Under the pieces are notes generated by a model, which saw only the letters and a program-made list of their open reading frames with translations, was not told where the DNA came from and did not search any database. Below, in pieces: positions 30,357 to 43,550 of a stretch of DNA of 64,000 bases. A program made the position numbers and the translations under genes. This DNA comes from Auanema rhodensis (lineage: Eukaryota; Animalia; Nematoda). The stretch spans positions 6,510,001 to 6,574,000 of the forward strand of contig OZ059897.1 in the NCBI GenBank assembly GCA_964057225.1, in the 5' to 3' direction. How positions within the stretch are numbered: the stretch's first letter is position 1; each line of letters opens with the position of its first letter.

Positions 30357-31431
30357 ATGAATAGACTTCAACTGCTCACAATTCATCGCATATTTCATTT
30401 TTGTTTATTTTTGCTAAGCATTCATGTAGTGCAATCTGTTCGATATTGTAATTTATGTTCAGATCCAAGTATAGAAACTGTAGGTTTTATATATTTTAAG
30501 TTGAATTATTAGATTCAAAAACTTAAAATCAATATACATATTTATAGCATTATGGAGGTTTTTTCATAAATCCACGAGATCTTCAGGATGGAATACGCCA
30601 TAATATAACCAGATGTGACAGGTCGAATTTTTTCATTTTCGCTCACATAAATTGCGAATTTTTTTATTTTTCAGAACCAGAGTATCTTTACAAGAATGTG
30701 AAGATAGCTGTTTTTCATTGAATGTTACATCACTGCATATTAAAAGCAAGAAGCTGCTTCCATTCGGTAATAAAGTTTTGAAATTTTTTTTCTAAAACAA
30801 GACGAATGCAATCTTCAACTAATTTCAGGAGTATCTTATGGATGTTCAAGTATGATTATAGAAAACATGAATGCTGTCGGATGCTTCAGAAAAGATATTG
30901 TCTTGAAGTAAGTAGCTTCTCCAATTAAAACTTCAAAGAAAAAAAAAAGAAAAACTTCTCTAGTTACATTGAATCAGCTCGAGAAAAGAAACACATACAT
31001 CATATACATAGATGTATATATATCATACAACCGCTCTTCGTGTTTGAAAATTTAAAAATGAGCGATTGTGCTTTGCATCACGTGGCGTTCTGCGTGAAAT
31101 TCATTTATATATGCTAATGTGTGTGAAAAAACATATTATAAATACAAAATAAATACATATTATACATAAATCCATTTACCCAATCATATATTTTTCATTC
31201 AGGACAGTACCGCCATATGTTGTACAAGCAGATTATTGCTTATGTGATTCAACTGAATGTAATGAAGTTCATATATCTCCGAAATATCAACATCAACAGT
31301 CTTCTGATTCTGCTCATTATCGTAACGGTCAATCATTCTATGGCTATTCCGCTGGAGCATTGCCAATGCTATCTTCATATATCGCTATTATTTGTATTTT
31401 TACTATACAAATGATATTTTATATAATATAG
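30357..31431 (+). CDS. Ly-6/three-finger (ODR-2/HOT/Quiver-like) protein, probably GPI-anchored, 5 exons
   Basis: Signal peptide, then RYCNLCSD...TRCDR...ECEDSCFSL...YGCS...GCF...YCLCDSTECN and a hydrophobic C-terminus. All introns are GT-AG and in phase. Confidence 0.8.
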
Positions 31432-31819
31432 AATTATAATCTTATCACTTAGGACAATACAATATAATACATGATTTCAATAATCATTAGTTATACTTCA
31501 GAATTTTGCTTTATGGATATTTCTATGAAATTTCGTATTCTTACGTCGTTCTCAATGTCTTCAAGTCTTCTGTTCCTCTCTCATCCTCATTTAAGTGGAT
31601 AAAAGATTGAAATGCATAGCTAGCTCTTCTTCTGTCTTTCTTTTTCTCCATTTTTCGAACATCAAATGCCTGTCGACACCGAGAATATAATCCAAAAAAT
31701 TGAATATTTGCATTATTGTGATTCTTCAAAATTTCATATTGTGATAATATAAATCTGAATAAAAGCTTATATTGATTTCTGTTTATTGTTTTTCAGAAAG
31801 TTAAAACAAAAAAAAGTTC

Positions 31820-31930
31820 GGCGCTGGTATTGTTTCGCCAACCAGATAGAGAAAGCTTCAACAAAATTTAAAAGTAATAAAAGTATCAGAGAGAGCACTC
31901 CCACTCGCAGAGAGAAACGATACCAGCCCC
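31820..31930. mobile_element. Short inverted-repeat element (MITE-like)
   Basis: GGCGCTGGTATTGTTTC ... GAAACGATACCAGCCCC, ~17-bp imperfect inverted ends. Confidence 0.5.
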
Positions 31931-34262
31931 AAAAATACATATTATTATAGTTAAAGGATATAAAATTTTATTTTTTCTATTCTTTACTACTAAATGTTAG
32001 TTTGTTCCCAGCTCATATAGAGTATGAAGATAAGATAAAGAGATAAATACATACATACAAACGCATAGTGATCTGCTTTTTCATCTGAATACTGAAACAT
32101 CATTTAGATTTTTAATTTTTTTGTCTAGCTCATGCTATTTCCTTTTCATTTCCAATAGATTTTCATTTTCATTCCGGCTTCCTGTCTTGGCTATGTCGTT
32201 TTTATCAAAAAAAATTGGTTTGTTTTATCAATCTCATCAAACAAGGTTTACCATGTTTATCAATCTCATCAAACAAGGTTTACCAATATCTCCCTGCTTC
32301 CAAACCCCTCAATTAAACTTTCACAAAAAAATATTTTTCTGCCAATAATCTTGAAAGCTAGACCCAAATATTCATTCATCATATTGAATATACATCTTTT
32401 AAAATTGCTCTTCCCATTATTCTCATCATTTCATTCATATGACCTATTGAGAAACAATGAAAAATACTGATTTGAATTTCTAAATTATATTTTTTCCAAC
32501 TTATACGGTAGTCATTATCACATAATCTAATTGGAACTATTATGTTCTTTCATTGTTTTTCATATCCTCAGAATTTGTCTGCCAGAAACAGAAAACGACA
32601 GAGAGTTGGCACACTAGACACTGGCAGACGGTCGTGATCACAGCAGTGACCCGGCCATCTGGTCTTGACCTTCTCAACTACGCTTATGCTTTCCACTGTT
32701 TCCATTATTCTGTATCTCGTTCTTGATATTTAGTATATTTCAAATTATTAATTGACGTTTCTTTTGGGCTTACAACTCTCTTAATTTTTCAGTTTTTGTT
32801 AATAAATATAGAAATTTGGAGTGAAAATGCTAAAAATTCTAGATGTTAAATCATTTTTTTACATATTGTCTGTGAGCATTTTCAATTTTTTTTTATAATT
32901 TCCTTTAATTTTGTCATAAGATGTATATAATTATACCTTTTATACGTTTTCTTAAACATTAATTATATATAAAATTATTTATTTATTCAGAAATAACAGT
33001 TGTTAGATGAGGATGTCGTGTCATCGAAGACATAAAGCCAGCATTTGACCCTTTCTATTTAGCTTTTCCTTTCTACCTATTTTGATTTTTCTATTCTTAT
33101 ATCTTTGACATCTATCTAATTGTCTTTGTTTCACAACTTTATATTTTCTTTCTCTATATCATCGACTCTCATACATTCATATGTTTGTACATTTGACTTC
33201 TAATTAGTAAAATTTAATATTATATAGATAGATAGATAGATAGATACACATATGGATTCTACATACATATACATATATATCTCTATCTATGTGCATACAT
33301 ACATACATACATCTAACATAAAAACGAATTATTGAGCACTTCATCATTGCCTATCCAACATGTCCATTTTCATTCCAACTATTTTACAACCTGAACTTAT
33401 CTTTTATCCTCCTTTTTAAACTCTTGCTTACTTTCCTTTTTTGTGTTTTCGTTCTCCAAATTGAAGTTCTAATTTAAAGAATGTAAAGCTCATGTTCCTC
33501 ACATTTCCGAAACATGTTTATCATTCCAAAGTGCTATTTCATCTTAAACAATCCTTTTCATTCCCGATCATTACGTTTTTCTTTTACTTTACCTGACCTT
33601 ATAACGTGACTTATAACTATTATCCTTAAATGTTTCACCACCCACTGAGAACACTACTTCCCTTTTAAGCTTCTCTTCGTTCGTACAAGCTTCAACTCTT
33701 ATTCTGAACAGTACTCAAGATTGAAAATTGTTTTAGATACCAAAGAACAATTCGATAAACTTCAACTTGAAAGGCTCAAACTTTGAGCGTCTATTTGAAA
33801 TTAAATAAATCATTTTAATCATATCTATACAAATGCTATTAGAACATTGAAGAAGCTTTATAAAAATGTTTTTTTCTCATTTTTTCTTTAAAAAGTACAA
33901 GAATCTCTTTCAAATTTTTATATTTTATTGATAATTTTCTATTTTTTACTTGTATGTATTTTAGATGAACGTTTAGTTATTGTCTGTTTTATCTCCCAAA
34001 CTTCGTTCCAATCCAATTTATTTTTAAACGAATTCTATGATCATTTCAACATCTTTTAGAAGAGAAATTTCCAGTTAATGGCTTTTCAAATTCTTGTGGG
34101 GTGGTCTATCGTATTTTCCCTTCAACTTACTCACCCCCCCCCCCTCTATTTCTTTTCCATCCTCATATCATTTGATCAATTTCAACTTGAGCTTATCCTA
34201 TATGAGCTATTTTTCAGATTTCTTACGAAAGTTTTAACTTTATAATTTTTTTATTTTACAGC

Positions 34263-35741
34263 ATGAGGCATAAACAACTTTTTCTCGTTTTCCTCATCTT
34301 ATTCACACCTGAAGCTACGATCTCTTCAACGCGTCGTTGTCATGAATGTCGAGATGATGGAATTATACAAGTATGTTCTTCAATTTATCCTTTTTTTTTT
34401 TCAAAAAATGAAAATCTGTAAATCTGAAAATTTTCAATTTCTTGGATTTTCTGAGTCCATCTTCCACATAAATCGATATTCGTTTATCTTTTGTCCAGAT
34501 TTTTGATCTTGTTCTTCAAAATAACTGTGCATTCTGTAACAGTGAAACTCGTCATCATACTCAACCATGTTTTTCGACAGAAAAAAGGAAAACGTTGTCC
34601 TTCTTAAGCATATTTCTCTAGAGAATTATAAGAAGTTCTTAGTATAGTCAATAAAATTTGAAAAGTATATAAATTTTTTTTTCTATTTTCCTATAAAAAA
34701 ATATTTTTTTAAAGATGATTCAAGAAGAAAAAAATTATATTGGATTGGATAAATTGAAAATAGATTCACTAACAGAAGTAGTTCCATGTGATCAAGCATA
34801 TGAGGATGACCAGCTGGTATAAATTCACAAATTCGCGTTTTTTCAATCAAGTTTTTAAGATTCCATGTGAAAATTCCTGTATTGAAATTGTGCGTATTTC
34901 AACACATCATAGTAAGATAAAACTATAATTGTTATATACTGTGTTAACATATTTCATAGATTATACTATGAGAAGTTGTATCAAAAATCTTTTGTTGGAA
35001 TCACCCGGTGGTTTGAACTTATCGAACTTTAATGGAACTGGCGTTGACTATTTGAATGCTCAAAAAGGTTGACAAGCTTTTTTCTAAGCGTATGTTTAAT
35101 TTTCGTTTCAGGGGGCGAGTGGAGGTTTGCATATTGTAATGACGATGAATGCTGGAACCCAGGACCACCAGGTTTTTCTTCATTCAATGGCCTTTTAGTA
35201 TTTTTTTAAACTTTAGTGCCTAAACGAGATCGATTGCGAGAGCTAGAAGAGGCATTGGATGAGCTAATCCCAGAGCAAATTCAGGGTGTTCTCAGAATAG
35301 GAATGGCCCTATTATGCATTGTTATTATGCGTAAGTTGATGTGATTTCAAAGATGCTCTTGATGTTCATATGCATTGCAGTTAGCTGCTGTTATAGTGTT
35401 CCAAAGGGAAACAAAGAGAAAAATCTAGCTCAATACAACGTTCGACCATTCAATATACCGGAAAGAACAGTTAACGTATGCTAACTCATATATCATATAA
35501 CCTAAAATTTGACGTTTAGGTTGCTCCTGAATATGTGCAGATGTTAGATGAATACTTAGATCCCAATTTCTCACCCAAGGCTCAAAGAGCACTTGGTTCT
35601 ACTGTAGTGACGGTGGAGAATGTTTGTGATGAAGCCGAAAGAGAGCGTCGATCATCTCATCAGAAGCAGACTCAAAACTCTGAAACTTCAATTCCATTGT
35701 CTGCTGTTACAACTTCTACAAGTCTAAACGTTGTGAACTAG
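34263..35741 (+). CDS. Type I membrane protein with Cys-rich (Ly-6-like) ectodomain, 8 exons
   Basis: MRHKQLFLVFLILFTPEATISS signal, RRCHECRD...PCD...PCENSCIEI...MRSC...AYCNDDECW, TM segment IGMALLCIVIMLSCCY, cytoplasmic tail ending SLNVVN*. Confidence 0.8.
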
Positions 35742-36283
35742 AAGAATCAATTATGACAAACAATGTTAATGATCTCATTCCAGATGATTTCAAAAAATGA
35801 AAAAAATCATCAGATGATTATGAAATGAAAAGAAAAATTGAAAATTTCATAAATGAAGTAAATTTTTAATTTTTTCTTTAAATAATTCAACAACATACAA
35901 GTAAAATAACAAAAAATGGATAATACTACTATGAAAAATGAAGAAAATATCTTTAAAATGAAAAACTTATAAGCAAGTATATGTAACATGCGGCGAATTC
36001 TTAGACAGCATTCTTCTATTTGTTTCCTAACCAATTCAATTCTTTTTATACTTTAAGTAGATGATAAGATAGATCATGGTTAATAAGATTGAATGATAAG
36101 TATATCTATAAGATATCAGAAAATATTTTTGGAAAGAGCAAGAGAGCAAAGAATGAGAGAGCAGAGAAAAGAAGAGAGAGAGAGATTTTAGTGCCCCGTA
36201 TCGTTCGAAAATAATGCATCAAGAGTCGATAAGGAGACAGTTTTTGAAGATTTTTCATTTTGTTTGATACTTCGCTTTCAAAC

Positions 36284-37295
36284 ATGCGGTTTTCTGTACT
36301 CGGCTTCATCCTTATTTGCGTAGGCTCCGTGCAGGTATTATGAACCATTTTTAAAACTTGCTTAAAGGCTTATTATTGAAGACGTATCAACATATAGATT
36401 TCACACAACCGGCAACTGACAGTCAGATGACCTGTCTGAGTACAACTAACAATGGATCTTTGATATTCATCAGGTATTCCCTGATATGAAATGATAATAT
36501 TATAAATAATCAATATGCTTGAAGAGGTTATATTGGCCTGAATAACGGAATGTTTGACAATACTGTCTGTAATACGTATAAACTGGCTCAGGAACGTAAG
36601 TTTCTATATTTTAAACGAAACAACCGCTCATCAGCATTTCAAAACACAAAATTAAAGTTTTGAATATTGCGCTTGTTCAGAATCTAATGTATGGCCATAT
36701 ATTTATATGGTACCTTCTGCACAAGGAACGAAAAGTGCAAAAGATCAAGTTAGAGAATTGGCTGTAGGATTGAAAAACTGTGGTTTGGGATCTGTCAACT
36801 TGATCAGACTTTGGGTATACCTTGACTTTCTATAGTTCTTTCTTCACTCTTCTATCTTTCAGGTTACATCTCCTGATGACTGGAATGTAGATGTTAATAA
36901 GAATATCGAATTCATCAAAGAAATTGTAGATGCTGCTGAAGATTGGGCAAATAATCCATTATTTTAACTTATAACTTTAATTGTTTTGGATTTAGAGAAT
37001 CGATGTTAGAACTATTTACACAAATCAGAAAGATTGGAAAGCTATTACTAACGATATTGATTACAAGGAACTTCATGAGCGATATTCCCTTGGTTTATGG
37101 TATTTCATATTCTCAATAGAGCGTAATTCACTTATTTTTTGTAGGTGGGCCAATGCTCCAAGCACTGATAATTATTCCCAAAACTACGATAACTTCAAGC
37201 CTTTTGGCGGATGGGCCACATTTGACATCAATATGATACAGTATGCCAAAAATGCCAATGTTTGTGGCATAGTATGTAATAAGAATTTCGTTTAA
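36284..37295 (+). CDS. Protist-type lysozyme-like protein, copy 3
   Basis: 7 exons: MRFSVLGFILICVGSVQ / HIDFTQP..MTCL / GYIGLNNGMFDNTVC / IYMVPSAQG / VTSPDDW..KN / IYTNQKDWKAIT / NFKPFGGW..IQY..CGIVCNK. The model needs a GC donor at 36947. Confidence 0.88.
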
Positions 37296-37951
37296 ACTAT
37301 AAACTAATATTTTAATCACGTAAATAAATGTTTATATACAGACTTGTACGAAATAGTTGGGACACTCATTGGAATCCCTTATACCTTCTCAGACAAACTA
37401 CAAAAAATCAGAAAAAAATATATTTTGAGTGTTAAAAAATGATAATGAACTTAGAAAAAATTTAAAATAATCAAAAAATTATGTTTAAAAGTATTTTCTG
37501 AAGTCTCCGAAATTTTCATAAACTGCCTAGGTCTTTTTAAGTCTTCTTTCTTGAATTTCAGAAGTTTCATCAAAAATTAAGATATAATCTCTTAATATAG
37601 TGTTAGGAGTACACTAAACGTCAATTTTTCTTTTAAATGGGAGAATTTGGTTGTATGTTAACCAAGTTCTCTTCATAGATATTCAGTAAGATTCAGATGC
37701 TGAAGCTTACTTGTTTGAAGCTATGCTGCAGATAAAACTTAGTTATTGATCGAGTTTTGTGCTGAGAATCATTTTAAAATATTTTTAATGAAATAACATG
37801 TTCCTAATTTCAAATTTTGTTAAGTCAAAAGAGATTATTCAAAATAGTCAAAAAACACTAAATTTCTTTATAAATTTAGAAAAAAAAATATTGAAATCAT
37901 TTTTTATTATATTAACATATATTTTCACTGAATATAAACTATATGAACTCG

Positions 37952-38041
37952 CAACTCAAAGACCCCAGAAAACAACTTCAAACTACAAAAAAAAAGTTTT
38001 TCTTTTGTAGTTTTAAGGGGTTTTCTGGGGTTTTTGAGTTG
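37952..38041. repeat. 90-nt imperfect hairpin (39-bp arms)
   Basis: CAACTCAAAGACCCCAGAAAACAACTTCAAACTACAAAA ... TTTTGTAGTTTTAAGGGGTTTTCTGGGGTTTTTGAGTTG. Confidence 0.85.
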
Positions 38042-38398
38042 AGAATGTTCCAACAATTTCGCACAGGACTGTACACAAAATGATTTGAAACTTGTGATTG
38101 CCTAGAGTCTATGAACTGAATCTCCTGAAATAACATCTTAATCAGAAAAGTTAAAATGCTTCTACTTTTTGTAAGCCATGACGTTAATTAGATGGTGTTA
38201 GAACCAAACTAATTTCAATATTTCGCGGTTAATTTGATTTCAACTAGGTTACATGACACTAGTATATATATATCAGACAATTTCCAAACTGAAAACCTGT
38301 TCGAATATTAGATACAAACTAGGAGATGAAACGATTATGAGTTATCACGAAGCACTTCTAATGATTATTTAAATAATGAAGACAAGACGAGCTCGTTC

Positions 38399-38423
38399 GA
38401 TAACTTATCTATTTCAAATTATA
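38399..38423 (+). promoter_or_regulatory. Inverted GATA pair GATAACTTATCTA plus TATAAA upstream of lysozyme copy 4
   Basis: The same 13-mer lies upstream of copy 2 (9800-9812, +) and copy 1 (8898-8910, -). GATA sites drive nematode intestinal genes (ELT-2). Confidence 0.6.
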
Positions 38424-38552
38424 AAGAAGAGTTTTGTTACGCTTAAATGACGTTATTTTATTATTTAATCTTTTGAATTTTCTAAAAATCTTAGTATATA
38501 TACTGAGATGTTGATAATTATTTATTCAGCATTTTGTTTTTGCTTATACAAA

Positions 38553-39562
38553 ATGATAAAACTTCAAATCGTATGTTTCGTTCTCATTGGTCTGGTCACA
38601 GCACAGGTATTCCAACCTTTTTCAGTTAATTTCCCTCATTCCTCAATTTGTTTTCAGAACTATGTTGATTTCTCACAGCCACTAAATGATTTACAAGTAA
38701 AATGCTTCAAGACAAACACCATTGACATGCTCTTCATCAGGTTTTTAAAAATACAAACTTATTCATCCAAATATGAATTCAGAGGTTACGCCAATGTGAA
38801 TAATGGAATATTTGATAGTAATGCTTGTAATTCATATCAAACGGCTTTTCATAGTAAGATTTACTTCATTCATATATCAAAGAAACAACCGCTCAACTTT
38901 TTCTGAAAGGTTAAAATGAAAATTTAAATAACGCGCCCAATATTTCAGATTCAATTACATCAGAATTCTACATGATACCTTCTCCAAAGGGACCAAAAAG
39001 TGCTGAAACTCAAGTTTTAGAATTGATTCAAGGAACTTATTATGGGAATTGTAAGCTTCCTCATGTTCAGCAGAGAATCCATCTTTGGGTATTTTCAATT
39101 TCTCCATAAATCGTCGCTAACTTCTTCACTCTATAGGTTTCATCTCCTGAAAGTTGGAATCAAGATCCTGCTAAGAATATTCAATTCATTCAAGATATTC
39201 TGACAGCTGCTAGCTCTAGGGTTCATATTTCTGTTGTTTTCATTTCAACTTAGGTTTTGTTCGTTTAGGGTTGGGTCTTTATCAGTATTAAAACAAATCA
39301 GGAGGATTGGAGTAAGATTACTGGTAATACTAACCAATTCAGCCAACCACCAGTTAAGCTATGGTATTTTATAATTTAAAAATAGCATAATTAATATAAT
39401 TTCCATAGGTGGGCTCCAACTTTAACCAATTTCACTGCACCTCCTACCAGAGATGATTTTAAACCATTTGGTGGATGGACATCTGATACTATTTCAATGG
39501 TACAGAACACCAGAAATGTTCAAACTTGTGGAGTATACTGTAATATTGACAGTTATTTCTAA
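38553..39562 (+). CDS. Protist-type lysozyme-like protein, copy 4
   Basis: 7 exons: MIKLQIVCFVLIGLVTAQ / NYVDFSQP..VKCF / GYANVNNGIFDSNAC / FYMIPSPKG / VSSPESWNQDPAKN / KTNQEDWSKITG / DDFKPFGGW...CGVYCNIDSYF*. Confidence 0.9.
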
Positions 39563-41232
39563 TTATATAATTATTTATAAATAAAAAGTTCATGAAAATA
39601 TTTTTTTAATTCAAAAATAATATTTCTACAAAAAATATTTTAAAAAGAAAATTTGAAATGATACAAAAAATTGCAAGAGCTAACACTTAGTTATTATAAA
39701 ACTAACCAACGAAAGTAATATGAAAATCAAAGTGAACAAAGCAACCTGAGACAACCTCTCAACAACTATTCACACACAAGAACTAACTCATTTTCTCTTA
39801 TTGTAATTAAACTTATTAGCATAGCTGTCTGTATTCTGAAATCCTTCACGCCTATACATCTCAGGATACTCGCCAGTTCCTTGATTCACATATGAGCTCG
39901 TCATGTTTCTTCCAAGTCTAGTCGAAAGACTGAGTGCTCTCAAGCTATCAGTATACCTTCCTGACTTACAAAATGATAATATTATTCAAAGAACATATCA
40001 AGTAAAGTTATATCTACGAAATATAATCAAAGAAAAGTGATATCATTGACCACAGATCATGAGCTATTTTTCAATATTTTTTAATTCTTGATAAGTAATT
40101 GATATTGATAAATATATGATTAACTGTTTTATATCGAATGATCAAATTTTATCAGAAATTTAAAAAAAGAAATTATCTCCATCTTGTTCCTTGATAAATG
40201 AACTTATGAAAGCCAGTATTTCTACTTGATTTTCTGAATAATCAAAGCCATGAATACTGTTGATATAAACACATTTAAACCAATAATTTTGAAATTTGAA
40301 AAGGATTAAGAAATTTCATAGCCCATTGTAGATTAAGAAAGTCGAACTAACTTTAATAACTTATTCATTTGAGATTATCAGGTAGTTTACAAGAAAAATG
40401 ATCAAGAATCATAGTGCTTTCTCTATACTTTGATTACAGCTGAACATGCATACGTTAACTTTCCTATTCGATATGGAGTTGCACGTAACTCATGAATAAC
40501 GAATCTTTGCGTCTCTTCTTTTATATAGATCCGTATATCGTACAGAGTTGACTTTGATTACACATATTTTCAAAAGGAAAAACTCTGATCCTTAGAGGAA
40601 CAACCGCTCAACTTCGTCAAACAACCAAAAATAAAAAGTTGAACATGGCATTTTTGGTTATTAATTTCTACGAATTTTCTTAAATATACATCAAACCAAA
40701 AAAAAGGGAATTTCTATTTGATGAGATGTACAATATAATTCAATGAGGTTTGTTTATCATGCTTATAGTTCTTCAACTACTTTCAGATCAAATAATTCTT
40801 TTCATTATCTCAGTTAGCAGTGGTTCAACGGTGGTTCATCTCCATAAGTTTGCATCAACATATTTGAAATCTTATTTTGATTTGTCGTTATTTGATTGTC
40901 AATATAAATGATCTCATATATTCTTAATAAATGAATGTAATAACAACGATAGACAGCTCAAATGGTTCATATGATTAACAGTCTTATCGCTTTGCATTGC
41001 CTAGAGTCTATGAACTGAATCTCCTGAAATAACATCTTAATCAGAAAAGTTAAAATGCTTCTACTTTTTGCAAGAAATGACGTTATTTCCATTGTATTAA
41101 AGCAGAACTAATATAATAATCTTCAAATGACGTTATTTTATTATTTAATCTTTTGAATTTTCTAAAAATCTTAGTATATATACTGAGATGTTGATAATTA
41201 TTTATTCAGCATTTTGTTTTTGCTTATACAAA

Positions 41233-42242
41233 ATGATAAAACTTCAAATCGTATGTTTCGTTCTCATTGGTCTGGTCACAGCACAGGTATTCCAACCTTT
41301 TTCAGTTAATTTCCCTCATTCCTCAATTTGTTTTCAGAACTATGTTGATTTCTCACAGCCACTAAATGATTTACAAGTAAAATGCTTCAAGACAAACACC
41401 ATTGACATGCTCTTCATCAGGTTTTTAAAAATACAAACTTATTCATCCAAATATGAATTCAGAGGTTACGCCAATGTGAATAATGGAATATTTGATAGTA
41501 ATGCTTGTAATTCATATCAAACGGCTTTTCATAGTAAGATTTACTTCATTCATATATCAAAGAAACAACCGCTCAACTTTTTCTGAAAGGTTAAAATGAA
41601 AATTTAAATAACGCGCCCAATATTTCAGATTCAATTACATCAGAATTCTACATGATACCTTCTCCAAAGGGACCAAAAAGTGCTGAAACTCAAGTTTTAG
41701 AATTGATTCAAGGAACTTATTATGGGAATTGTAAGCTTCCTCATGTTCAGCAGAGAATCCATCTTTGGGTATTTTCAATTTCTCCATAAATCGTCGCTAA
41801 CTTCTTCACTCTATAGGTTTCATCTCCTGAAAGTTGGAATCAAGATCCTGCTAAGAATATTCAATTCATTCAAGATATTCTGACAGCTGCTAGCTCTAGG
41901 GTTCATATTTCTGTTGTTTTCATTTCAACTTGGGTTTTGTTCTTTTAGGGTTGGGTCTTTATCAGTATTAAAACAAATCAGGAGGATTGGAGTAAGATTA
42001 CTGGTAATACTAACCAATTCAGCCAACCACCAGTTAAGCTATGGTATTTTATAATTTAAAAATAGCATAATTAATATAATTTCCATAGGTGGGCTCCAAC
42101 TTTAACCAATTTCACTGCACCTCCTACCAGAGATGATTTCAAACCATTTGGTGGATGGACATCTGATACTATTTCAATGGTACAGAACACCAGAAATGTT
42201 CAAACTTGTGGAGTATACTGTAATATTGACAGTTATTTCTAA
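41233..42242 (+). CDS. Protist-type lysozyme-like protein, copy 5 (recent duplicate of copy 4)
   Basis: Matches 38553-39562 at offset 2680. I see only three differences: two intronic and one synonymous (TTT/TTC). Confidence 0.9.
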
Positions 42243-42477
42243 TTATATAATTATTTATAAATAAAAAGTTCATGAAAATATTTTTTTAATTCAAAAATAA
42301 TATTTCTACAAAAAATATTTTAAAAAGAAAATTTGAAATGATTTTATTCAAAGAATATGTCAAGTCATTGTATATTTGCTTCATCTGATCTTCAAATATA
42401 GTAGGAATGCTACACCCACATAAAAGGAAAGACAAAAGTTAGAGAAACAAAAAACCTCGTAGGGACGTGCCCACCTA

Positions 42478-43550
42478 CACTCGTGGCCATAAATTCTCGG
42501 CAGGTGGTGCCTCGACGAAAAAAAAATTTTAAAAAAATTTAAAATTTAATTTTCAGGATAATGTAGTTTGTAATAGTTCAGGCTTCTAGAATTTTCAGTT
42601 TCAATGGGAAGGAAGTTATGAAAAAATATCTGACGTCCATATTTGGACTAAATTTACATATTTATATCTTGAGTTAGGGAGCATGAACTTTGATAATTAT
42701 TTCGCTGAATTGTAGACAAAACCTTACTTTATCATTTTAGAACATGAATAGGGGTTTTTTTGTTTCTGAAGATCTAAGAAAATCAGTTCTACAAGCACAT
42801 GCATCTGGCATGACCCAAGTTGCTGTTGGACGTCTTCTGGGTGTCCCAAGGTCTACAGTAGGAGATATCGTCAGGAAAGGACATTCTGGAGATGACGGAA
42901 CACTGCAGAATCAAGGAAGACCAAGATCTACCAAAGAACGAGAAGACAGAGTGATAAGAAGGTTGGCTGTCATTAATCCCTTCACGACGTCTCAGGAAAT
43001 CCGTGAAGAGCTGAAGTGGCTGAAGCCCAACGTTTGCTCCGCTAGGACAATCCGTATAAGGGTTACGTTCCCACTCCTCGGCCAAAAAACCTCTACTTTC
43101 TATGAGGAACGTCAAAAAGCGTCTGGAATTCGCTAAGGAGCACGTGAACTGGACCCAGGAGCAATGGAAGAAATGCATCTGGACGGATGAATGTAAGTTC
43201 ATGTTGGCTGGGAATGGTGGAGCAAGGAGAGTCAGACGTCCCACTGGCTTCAGGTACCATAGAAGATACACGACTGGCACCACCAAGTTTGGTGGAGGCA
43301 CGTGATGGCGTGGGGAGCCTTCACGTCATCTGAAGTTGGTCCCTTGCACCAAATTGAAGGAACCATGGATCAATATGGGTACAGAAACATTCTGGAGAAT
43401 GTAATGTATCCATACGCTCGCTCAAAATTTCGTAGAGGATTCATCTGAAGATCCTGAGGGAAACCTGGAAGAAATTGCCACGAAGACTTCTGGAAAAACT
43501 AGTTGCATCAATGCCACGAAGATGCAAAGCGGTGATTGAAGCTAGAGGAC
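42478..43550 (+). mobile_element. Defective Tc1-family transposon (5' TIR plus transposase pseudogene)
   Basis: TA|CACTCGTGGCCATAAA 5' end. ORF from 42744 with paired-type HTH, GRPR, CIWTDECKF, KFGGG.VMAWGAF, MDQYGYRNIL and LVASMPRRCKAVIEARG. It has frameshifts and lacks the second D and the SPDLNPIE region. I found no 3' TIR. Confidence 0.93.

Noticed and set aside
32221-32284. 32-bp direct tandem duplication
   Set aside because: Real, but an ordinary slippage duplication with no further structure.
42789-43301. 170-aa minus-strand ORF
   Set aside because: Antisense shadow of the Tc1 transposase.
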